Source: a bacterium | Lineage (GTDB): Bacteria; CALINM01 | Direction: 5' to 3' | DNA: 10,530 bases | Assembly: GCA_041640455.1 (NCBI GenBank) | Contig: JBEQAF010000057.1 | Location: 1 to 10,530 of the forward strand | Shown here: positions 1 to 8,548 of the stretch, piece by piece | Layout: each line of letters opens with the position of its first letter | Position numbering within the stretch: the stretch's first letter is position 1 | The notes under the pieces: model-generated | What the model was told of the DNA's origin: nothing | The model's input: the letters and a program-made list of their open reading frames with translations, nothing else | The model's database searches: none | Translations under genes and position numbers: made by a program

Positions 1-837
1 ATGTTTATGGCAGTTGATCCCTATCCTGTAGTTATATCCAATGCAACAGGGTGTGTAGAGGTTTCTACCACCATATATCCCTTTTCGAGCTGGAAAACAG
101 GCTATATTCACTCTGCCTTTGAGAATGCAGCAGCTACTATATCTGGTGTAGAGGCTATGTATAAATCTCTTAAAAAAAGGGGAAAAATTAATAAGGATAT
201 AAAATTTATAGCCCTTGGAGGGGATGGGGGCACCTATGATATCGGTTTCCAGGCGCTGTCAGGTGCCATGGAAAGAAGGCATAATATCCTTTATATCTGC
301 TATAACAACGAAGCCTATATGAACACTGGAATTCAGAGAAGCTCTGCAACTCCCTTTGGCGCTTCTACCACCACAGCGCCGGCAGGTAAGGCATTTCCAG
401 GAAAGCTGCAGCCAAGAAAGGACCTGACCGCCATAATAGCAGAGCACAGACCTGATTATGTTGCACAGGCTTCCATTAGCAACCCTAAGGATTTTATGAT
501 TAAGGTTAGAAAGGCAATAGAAAAGGAAGGACCATCTTTTATAAATGTGTTGGCTCCCTGTCCGAGAGGCTGGCAACATGCAAGCGAGCTAACTGTTGAA
601 ATGGCTAAGATGGCTGTAGATACCTGTATCTGGCCACTTTATGAGGTTGATGAGGGTTATAAATGGAAGGTTAATTATATCCCCAAGCAGAAGATACCTG
701 TTAAAAGCTGGCTTGAAACACAGGGTAGATTCAAGCATCTTTTCTCCCCCAGATATGAAGGGCTACTGGAAAAGATTCAGGAATATGTTGATAGAGAATG
801 GGAGATTCTTCTTAAAAAAGCTGAGACCTTTGCATAA
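1..837 (+). CDS. porB: Pyruvate/2-oxoacid:ferredoxin oxidoreductase beta subunit (TPP-binding), 5'-partial
   Basis: NATGCVEV, HSAFENAAATISGVEA, TPP motif GGDGGTYDIGFQALSGA...YNNEAYMNTGIQRSSATP, and LAPCPRGW. The N-terminal CxGC motif expected in PorB is absent, so the real start is probably upstream of the window and the ATG at 1 internal. Substrate specificity is not certain. Confidence 0.9.
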   Translation: MFMAVDPYPVVISNATGCVEVSTTIYPFSSWKTGYIHSAFENAAATISGVEAMYKSLKKRGKINKDIKFIALGGDGGTYDIGFQALSGAMERRHNILYICYNNEAYMNTGIQRSSATPFGASTTTAPAGKAFPGKLQPRKDLTAIIAEHRPDYVAQASISNPKDFMIKVRKAIEKEGPSFINVLAPCPRGWQHASELTVEMAKMAVDTCIWPLYEVDEGYKWKVNYIPKQKIPVKSWLETQGRFKHLFSPRYEGLLEKIQEYVDREWEILLKKAETFA

Positions 838-841
838 ACTA

Positions 842-870
842 TTGCATATTTAATCTGTCTTTGGTAATAT
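842..870 (+). promoter_or_regulatory. Putative sigma70-type promoter for mglBA
   Basis: TTGCAT (842-847), a 17-nt spacer, then TAATAT (865-870) with an extended -10 TG at 862-863. AGAGG RBS-like sequence at 884-888 precedes ATG 897. Confidence 0.55.
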
Positions 871-896
871 TTGTTAAAAAATAAGAGGAATTCACA

Positions 897-1381
897 ATGC
901 CTTATTCCCAGCTGGTAATGTACGAGGAGGAGGCTCAGAAGATAGGCTTTCTTCTCGATAAGCTTGTTAAGGAATCAAATGCAAAGGCTGTTTTTTTAGT
1001 AGATAAAGACGGTCAACTAATATCACAGGCAGGGGATGTGGAAGGTTTTGACAGCACTTCTCTTGCTTCTCTTACAGCTGGAAACATCGCAGCCACAGGC
1101 GGGCTGGCAAAGCTCATCGGTGAAAAAGAGTTTTCCATAATATTTCATGAAGGTGAGAAAGATAATATCCATATCTCTATAGTGGGACAGAGAGTAATTC
1201 TTGTTGTTATTTTTGATTCTCGCTCATCTTTGGGGTTAATAAGGCTCAGAGTTAAAAAGGCATCCGATGAGCTTGCTCTGGTCTTTGAAGAGCTTTCAAA
1301 AAAGCAAAACAGATTGAGAGTTCAGATTCACCTTTTGCAGAGATTACAGACGAAGATATTGATAAGCTGTTTAATATTTAG
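897..1381 (+). CDS. mglB: MglB, Roadblock/LC7-domain GTPase-activating protein for MglA; needs a -1 shift at 1298-1304 to reach its conserved C-terminus (161 aa shifted; unshifted frame ends at 1406, 169 aa)
   Basis: LVMYEEE, FLVDKDGQLI, SLASLTAGNIAATGGLAKLIGEKEF, FHEGEKDNI and SSLGLIRLRVKKASDEL match Myxococcus-type MglB. The -1 frame from 1304 reads AKQIESSDSPFAEITDEDIDKLFNI* (TAG 1379-1381), the typical MglB C-terminal helix. Directly upstream of mglA. Confidence 0.93.
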
Positions 1382-1409
1382 CTTCATATGGGGTAGGATA
1401 CGGTAGATT

Positions 1410-2000
1410 ATGTCATTTATTAACTATTCAGCAAGAGAGATTAACTGCAAAATAGTTTATTATGGTTGTGGTCTTTGTGGCAAAACAACAAATCTGCAGT
1501 TTATATATGAAAAGACAAATCCGGAAGCTAAGGGCAAGATGATATCTCTTGCAACCGAGACAGAAAGAACGTTGTTTTTTGACTTTCTTCCACTCTCCTT
1601 AGGTGAGATAAAGGGTTTTAAAACAAGATTTCATTTATATACTGTTCCAGGTCAAATTTTTTACGATGCAAGTCGTAAACTGATTCTCAAAGGCGTTGAT
1701 GGTATTGTTTTTGTTGTGGATTCTCAGGCTGAAAGAATGGATGCCAATATAGAAAGCTTTGAAAATATGAAGGATAATCTCAGAGAGCATGGGTATGATC
1801 TGGATTCAATCCCCTATGTAGTTCAGTATAACAAAAGAGATCTACCTTCTGCTGTTCCGATTGAAGAGCTTAGAAGGACATTAAATCCCTCAAACGTGCC
1901 CGACTTTGAAGCCATTGCCCCGAAAGGTATAGGAGTTTTTGAGACTCTTAAGGCGGTAATAAAGCTTGTGCTCATAGAGCTTAAAAAGGGCGCCAGGTAG
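1410..2000 (+). CDS. mglA: MglA, Ras-like small GTPase of the cell polarity/motility module
   Basis: [20 protein letters not shown]-loop [10 protein letters not shown], switch [10 protein letters not shown] (catalytic Arg), switch II TVPGQ (catalytic Gln), G4 NKRD, C-terminus ELKKG; 196 aa. Confidence 0.96.
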   Translation: MSFINYSAREINCKIVYYGCGLCGKTTNLQFIYEKTNPEAKGKMISLATETERTLFFDFLPLSLGEIKGFKTRFHLYTVPGQIFYDASRKLILKGVDGIVFVVDSQAERMDANIESFENMKDNLREHGYDLDSIPYVVQYNKRDLPSAVPIEELRRTLNPSNVPDFEAIAPKGIGVFETLKAVIKLVLIELKKGAR

Positions 2001-2085
2001 ATTTCACCTTACTATTCTTTTAAAATCCTCCTTAAACAGATAAGTATTACAGTCATAATTAAAAAATATTAACCCATTTATCTTA

Positions 2086-2113
2086 TTGACATTTTATATC
2101 TTTAGAGTAAATT
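2086..2113 (+). promoter_or_regulatory. Putative sigma70-type promoter for the envelope operon
   Basis: Perfect TTGACA at 2086-2091, a 16-nt spacer, then TAAATT at 2108-2113. A perfect TATAAT also lies at 2113-2118 but is 21 nt from the -35. AT-rich upstream tract. Confidence 0.55.
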
Positions 2114-2152
2114 ATAATTAACACTTTGTTTTATTTTTGTAAGGAGGGATTT

Positions 2153-4174
2153 GTGAAAAGGCTCTTAATTTTACTAATAATATTGTTGTTGTCAGCCTGT
2201 GCGCCTGATCCATTAAAGCAGAGCTTTGATAATGCCATGCTCATGGTTCAGAGAGATAACCTCAAGGAAGCATATCCCATCTTAAAAGAGCTATGCAGGA
2301 AAGCTCCTGACAACAAAGAGTTCTGTAAAGAATACGACATGGTAAGAAATAAGCTCTTTAAAACTGAGCTAAGTAAGCTTTCTCAGAAACTATCCATAGC
2401 CAAATCTGAAAATACTATTATTCCATTGCCAATTCTTGCAGATATTTTAAAGAATGCGGAACAGCTGGCTGAATATAATATAAAATCAAGGGAGTTTGAT
2501 ATTCTAAATTCCCAGCTTAATAATGAGAAAAGATTATCGGAGGAGAAGAGAAAAGAGGTGCTGGAAAAATCAAAAAATCTCATGGCAAACAAGAAATATT
2601 TAGACGCCATTGAACTGATGGATAAAAACATATCTCTAAACCGTGAAGAGTTTTCTTCAGTTATTTCTAAATTCAAAGAAGAGGCGCTGGCTGACCTTTA
2701 TCCAAAAATTTTGAAGGCTGTGGAGGTGGATGACTGGCGGACTGCAAGACCATATATTGATACGGCTTATAAAATTAATCCAGACTATAAGGAGATCAGA
2801 AATATCTATAATGATGCCCAGAAGAAAGATACAGCAGAGTATTATATTAAGAAGGCTGACGATGCTAAAAGAAAAAGAAAATATGAAGAGGCTTTGATCT
2901 ATTATGAAAAGGCAATGCAGTATGAGGATGGGAAAGATGCGGCAAAAAAGCTTTATGACCAGACAAAGATAGATCTAATTGAATACCATTTTCAGATTGC
3001 CATAGAGCTTATGGAGCAGGAGCTTTACAAACAAGCCTATGATAATTTTAAGAGTGCCTTTGATATTCTTAACACTATAAGTGTTGAAAAAAGAAGGACT
3101 GTAAATCTGCCTCGAAAGGAGCTTCAGAAATACTATGACAGTCTTTATCTGAAGGCAAAAAAGGCTGAAGATGTGGGTAGTTTTGGTGTAGCATATAACT
3201 ATTACAAACTTATCAATCAGTTATCACCATCCTATCCAGAAATTAAGGAAAATCTCAGAAAAGTGGAAGAGAAGATTTATAACCGTTCTCTCAAAAGTCT
3301 TGCAGTCATTCCGTTTAAAAGTCCAAAATCAGCCCCTGAAGCAGGTAGCATTTTTACATCAAATATAATGTTGTCTTTGTATAATGAGCTTAAGCAGGAT
3401 CTTAAGATTATAGAACGAGAATCAATGGATGTGCTGTTAAGGGAATATGAGCTAACCATTGCTGGAAAGTCTCAGGAAGGTCAGGCTCAGAAAGATTCTT
3501 TAGCTTTTCAGATATCCAGCGCTGATTATCTATTACTCGGAGATGTGCTGGATTATAAAATTGATTCTTCTGTTCAGGAGGGGACAAGAGTGGTTAGGGT
3601 AAAAACAAAAGCAGAGTTTGTCCCCAACCCTGAATACGATGAATGGCTTGTGCTGGCAAAAAAACTTCAGGCAGAGAATAAACCAATTCCGCCATCACCA
3701 CCCAAGATGCTCGAAAAGCCTGTTTATGAAGACATTAAATATAAGGTTAGTTTTTACAAAAAGGTTGGAATTCTAAACGTAAGCTACAGGGTTGTAGATA
3801 CGGCAAAGGGCAAGATAATGCACACAAGCATTGTGGATATTAAAAAGGATGTTCAGGATGAAGCCAGTGAGGGTGTGGAGATAGGTGATTTTAAGGTGCC
3901 CTTCAAGATGGCTCAGCTACCGACTGATAACGAGATTATGAAAAAAGCTCAGGAAGATGCTGTGGCAAAAATAACAGGTGAGCTAAAGATGTTGTTCTTA
4001 GACCCCGAGGAGAAACTGCTTAAGCAGGCAGAAGCCTTAGAACGGGAAGGGAATCTTAAGGAAGCCATTGAAAGATTTACCGATTCTTTAATTCTCAAAA
4101 AAAGAAAGGGAAAAAATATAGTAAACATTGAAGAAAAGATAAGTAAATACTTAGATGCCATCTCTGCGATTTAG
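2153..4174 (+). CDS. Lipoprotein with TPR-like helical repeats and a C-terminal CsgG/HfaB (TolB_N-like alpha/beta) domain, 673 aa
   Basis: Start reassigned from TTG 2126 to GTG 2153, since AAGGAGG lies at 2141-2147. Signal MKRLLILLIILLLSA-C has an LSAC lipobox. TPR-like helices (YIKKADDAKRKRKYEEALIYYEKAMQY; AYNYYKLINQLSPSYPEI). CsgG-like motifs from about 3293: SLAVIPF...IIERESMDVLLREYEL...SADYLLLGDV...VSYRVVDTAKGKI. Confidence 0.8.
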   Translation: MKRLLILLIILLLSACAPDPLKQSFDNAMLMVQRDNLKEAYPILKELCRKAPDNKEFCKEYDMVRNKLFKTELSKLSQKLSIAKSENTIIPLPILADILKNAEQLAEYNIKSREFDILNSQLNNEKRLSEEKRKEVLEKSKNLMANKKYLDAIELMDKNISLNREEFSSVISKFKEEALADLYPKILKAVEVDDWRTARPYIDTAYKINPDYKEIRNIYNDAQKKDTAEYYIKKADDAKRKRKYEEALIYYEKAMQYEDGKDAAKKLYDQTKIDLIEYHFQIAIELMEQELYKQAYDNFKSAFDILNTISVEKRRTVNLPRKELQKYYDSLYLKAKKAEDVGSFGVAYNYYKLINQLSPSYPEIKENLRKVEEKIYNRSLKSLAVIPFKSPKSAPEAGSIFTSNIMLSLYNELKQDLKIIERESMDVLLREYELTIAGKSQEGQAQKDSLAFQISSADYLLLGDVLDYKIDSSVQEGTRVVRVKTKAEFVPNPEYDEWLVLAKKLQAENKPIPPSPPKMLEKPVYEDIKYKVSFYKKVGILNVSYRVVDTAKGKIMHTSIVDIKKDVQDEASEGVEIGDFKVPFKMAQLPTDNEIMKKAQEDAVAKITGELKMLFLDPEEKLLKQAEALEREGNLKEAIERFTDSLILKKRKGKNIVNIEEKISKYLDAISAI

Positions 4175-4180
4175 TTATTT

Positions 4181-7100
4181 ATGAAGCGATGGTTTTTCTT
4201 TTTTCTTTTTGTTCTTCTAATATGCTCGCCTGGATACTGTTTTGACCCTCTCGAAAAGCTCAAAGATATAAAAGAAAGTGCTGTTGAACTTGGTACGGGA
4301 TTATTTAAAAAGGAAAAGAAACTGCCCCAGAAGCTTGCAGTTTTACCAGCATACGGGGAGGGTGAAGAGGAAGATAAAAATGAGATAAGAACTACCTTTT
4401 TTAATCATATAAGTTACAAAAATTATGATCTGGTTAAGCTCACAGACATAGACAGCAAAATTTATCTTATTGAAAAAGAAAAAGGCAAAAAATGGAACGA
4501 GCTTTCCCCCAAAGAGCTTGGGGATCTGCTGGATGTAGATGGTCTTGTATATATTCAGATAGTTGGGATTGAAAAGATCTATGCAGCTTTATATGCCAGT
4601 CTTACATTAAGATTAAAAGTGCGTCTTGTATTTACTTCCACTCAGGAGCTAATATGGTAGAAAGAAGATTATGTTACAGAGAGATCAGGTGGACTGCCTA
4701 CCTCTCCCTGGGGTGCCATTTCTACTGCCGTAACATCCGCCCTTGTTTTAAGAGAAAGTGTTAAGATAGCTCTCACTGACAAGCTTTGTAGAAGTCTGGC
4801 AAAGGAGATGCCTGAACCGAAGGTTGCTAAGATAAAAAAACCTCCCCAGATTTTTTCCGTTATCACAAACGCTTTAGATGGGCCCTTTAAGGCTCAGGAT
4901 GAGATTCTTGTATCAGTGAGCGGTCAGGAGGGGATGAATGCCTATTTTAATATTGGCAACGAAAGAAAGGCTATCCAGCTTACCGAGTCCAGACAGGGAG
5001 AATATCTCGGAAAATATGTAGTAAAAGAGGGTGACAATTTCAGCAATCAGATTATTACTGCCTTTTTGTTTAATCCAAAGGAAAAGACAGAAAGTAGTTA
5101 CATAGTGCCCCATGCCATAACGGTAGATACCATACCTCCCAAACCCGTTTCTGATTTAAAAATCTCATCTACAGGAGATGGTCTAATATTATCTTGGAAG
5201 CCGTCTGCTGATGAGGATCTGAAAGACTTTGTAGTAATGAGGGGAGACATAGATAATCCCAACTATGCGGAAATAGGTGCCACCTCCATTCCCGAATTTT
5301 ATGATAAAAATATAGCCTTTGGAAAAAAATATTTTTACAGAGTTTCTGCAAGAGATAGGGCAAAAAATGTCAGTAAGTTCACAGAGAAAACCATTACAGC
5401 AGTAAGAAAAGGACCTACAGTTCTTCCAAAAGAGATAAGACAGAATACCACACTTTTTAGTTCCGGAAGCCCCTATATTATAGAAGGTGAGATCAATATT
5501 CTTAAAGATGTGATTGTTGAGATAGAGGAGGGGGTAGTTTTAGAGTTCAGGTCTGAGAGCAGGCTTGTATCAATGGGAAAGATCGTCGCAAAGGGCTCCA
5601 GAGATGCAAGAATCGCCTTCAAGGGAGAAAACTACGAGGTAATAATAAAAGATGCAGGTGAAGGTGCCTTTTATCTTGACTATGGAATAATGGAAGGAGG
5701 AAGCTTTTTCTCTGTATCCAACTCTTCAGTTACTTTTTCAAACACTGAGGTATCAAGATTTAATACATTTATAAAATCAGACAGACAGTCTGTGATTAAC
5801 CTCAACAAAGTTAACGTATTTCAGGTTCCCATAGGTTTTAATATCTCAAACTCCACATTAAGCGGAAAGGAAATAAAAGTTGATAGGGCAAATCTGGCAC
5901 TTAATCTAAGTAGTAATGTATCTGTCAATGCTGAAAAAATAATTTTGTCAAACTGCAGAAACTACATTAATGCTGATGGTAATGTTAACATTAATGAGAT
6001 AGAGGTTTTGGAAAGCGGAGAACAGGATTTTTTAAAAAAGGTAAAGGGAAATCTAAATATCAAGCTGGTAGTCCCATTCGGAAAAAGCTTTTCGGATATC
6101 AAAAGTTCTGTTGCCAATGATCTTAAAAGAGATCTGGCAGAGGCTTTATTAAAGGGGCGAATGATTGAGGCATATGACTCTTTGAAATTGCTTGAGGAGC
6201 TCTCAAGAGATGATTATGATAATCTTGCTGATCTGGCTGTTTATCTTGCGTCACAGTTAAAAAAGACTGAGGAGGCATTAAACATTTACCAGAACAAAAA
6301 CCTTAAGACCAAAGATTATCTTTCAAAGACAATCAGTCTCGGAAAAGAGATTAAGAGTTCGCCATATATAGTCACCTTTGTGGATGTAAAACAATCGCTG
6401 ATAAATGAAAAACAGGATATTGAGAAAATATCTCTGACAAAGGGACAGTGGAGAGCGGTGAAAATCTATGTTGAGTCTTTAATACCCGACCTTGGTAGAG
6501 ATCAGTTAGCTATAATAAATGATAAGATACTCCCCAGATTTTCCAGTTATGTGCCAGCTATACTTCCAATCTACACTGGCACCTCCAATATTATGTTTGA
6601 ATCTGTCTATATGGTTTATCTGGATAGAGATAAGCTTCAGGCTGATCTTAAAGATGCTGGATTTTTAGGCAGCAAGGAAAAGGACATTAAAATTGCCCTT
6701 GTGGATTGTACAGGTATAGGGCTAACGAAAAGACTGTTAACAAAGAGGCTTTTACCGCTTAACTATCCAGTTGATGATTTTGGCATAGGAAAATGTGACG
6801 CATCTAACTATTATGAGCAGTTAAAAGACAAACAGCTTGATGTACTCATTCTCATTCAGGAAAATGTTAAGGTTAGTCAGAGTCTTGTTGGAGGTAATCT
6901 GAAGACCTTTAATGGAGTTGTTGAGCTTACAGGTTTTGACCCCTACTATAAAAAGCCTCTATTCAGTCTATCCAAAGGCGCTACCATTTATCATATGAAT
7001 CAGGAAGATGGAAAGGAACTATCCCTAAAAAACAGTTTTGATCAGATAGTAGGAATTCTTGAAAGAGAGTTGATATCTCTCGAAAAAAGCTTTATGAACG

Positions 7101-8539
7101 ATGAGACAAGAAAGGGTCTCAAAAAGATGCACTATGCGGAAAGATATCTACCGCCTTTAGAGATAAAAATAAAAGAGACAAACCCCATTTTTGCCAACAA
7201 CTATAAGATGTATGAAAAAAATGCATTTTTAAAAATATCTATTACAAACAATACTTCGAGGGAGTTCGAAAAGCTAAAAATAACGGTTATGATGAAAGAG
7301 TATATGGACTTTCCCACTGAAAAGGTTATTGAAAGATTAGCTCCATTGGAAACAAAAATAGTGGATATAGAGGGTATATTCAATATTAATCTGCTAAATC
7401 TAACCGAAAACTCAACCATTCAGGCAGACATAAAAGCAAAATATTTCAGAGCTGGGGAGGAGAAGGAGATACAGGTAACTCACCCAGTAACTGTATATGA
7501 AAAGCATGCCCTGACATGGGATGATAAGGAAAAGATAGCCATATTTATTACCGTAAGGGATCCTGTGATTTTAGACCTCTCAAGGGCAATAGTAAAAAGA
7601 ACTAAACAGAAAATTATTAATACCAACATAACTACTGGTATGGCTGTCTTTGATGCCATAAGATCCATAGGGTTAAGCTATCAAAGAGATCCTGTAAGCC
7701 CCTATAATATTTTTTCTGAAAAGACAAATGAGATTGATTATATTCAGTTTGGCAGAGATACTTTAAAGAGAAAAACAGGTGACTGTGACGATCTGGTTGT
7801 GCTGTTTTCATCTCTGATGGAGAGTCTGGGCATTGAAACTGCTGCGGTTGATTATCCGGGGCACATACTTGTTATGTTTAATACTGGGATTGAGCTAAAT
7901 GATTTTGTAAAATCTGGATTAAATGAAAACAACACGATTATTTATGACAATGCTATCTGGATACCGGTAGAGATGACCTTGCTTACAGAAAGTTTTTATA
8001 AAGCCTGGCATAAAGGCTGGCGGAACATAAAAGAAAATGAGGGGAATAATCTCAGATATGTAAGAATTAGAAAAGCCTGGGAGAGGTACAAACCACCCAC
8101 CCTGTTGGAGGTAAGGCTGGCTATTGACATTCCTCAGAGCTTTGAGAATTTTATAATCTCATCTCTAACAGAGATTGCAAAAGACAGAAACGAATATATA
8201 CTAAAATTAGTAAGTCAAAATCTTGTTGAGCCAGAAACAGTTTTATATTATCTTTACAAAGAAGATGCCTTAGATGATGCCCTGGCGCTTTCATCTTATC
8301 TACTTGAAAAAAATATCATTAGTTCCTCTTTTTTAAATGACACAGCCAATCTTCATTTTATAAAGAAAAATTATAAGGAAGCCCTGCGACTTTATAAAAA
8401 GGCGTCAGAGCTTGACGAAAAAAACCCTTTTATAATTTTAAACATTTTAAAACTACTAAAGGTTACAAAAAATGAAGGGGAGTACAAAACATACAGGTCT
8501 AAGATTGAAAAGATCTTTCCCTTTTTAAAAGATCATTAG
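4181..8539 (+). CDS. Large secreted multidomain protein (~1452 codons): signal peptide, DUF799/GNA1162-like domain, Ig-like, FN3, beta-helix, helical region, Ig-like, transglutaminase-like domain, TPR; interrupted by one in-frame TAG at 4658-4660 (readthrough, pseudogene or error)
   Basis: Track ORFs 4181-4660 and 4808-8539 are in the same frame, and 4661-4807 is open and protein-like (ELIW*KEDYVTERSGGLPTSPWGAISTAVTSALVLRESVKIALTDKLCRSLAKEMPEP). FN3: VDTIPPKPVSDL...LSWKPS...YFYRVSARDRAKNVS. Beta-helix start: GSPYIIEGEINI...IEEGVVLEF. TGase-like: DYIQFGRDTLKRKTGDCDD...PGHILVMF...WIPVEMT. TPR: FLNDTANLHFIKKNYKEALRLYKKASELDEKN. Confidence 0.8.
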
Positions 8540-8548
8540 GAGGTTTGT

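Noticed and set aside
1305..1406. Zero-frame MglB tail read as a genuine membrane anchor (ILISCLIFSFIWG)
   Set aside because: It has no resemblance to MglB and is the off-frame reading of the conserved C-terminal helix plus intergenic DNA. It would matter only if programmed frameshifting is real.
1998..2000. Genome-wide TAG reassignment (alternative genetic code)
   Set aside because: mglA and shifted mglB end in TAG at about the positions where homologues end, and only one internal TAG occurs in roughly 3300 codons, so TAG normally acts as stop.
2126..2152. TTG start at 2126 from the ORF track
   Set aside because: It has no RBS. GTG 2153 has AAGGAGG upstream and yields a canonical lipoprotein signal peptide.
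4808..8539. Independent 1243-aa gene starting at ATG 4808
   Set aside because: The SD-like AAGGAG abuts the ATG, there is no signal peptide, and the upstream in-frame sequence is continuous coding sequence belonging to the 4181 gene.
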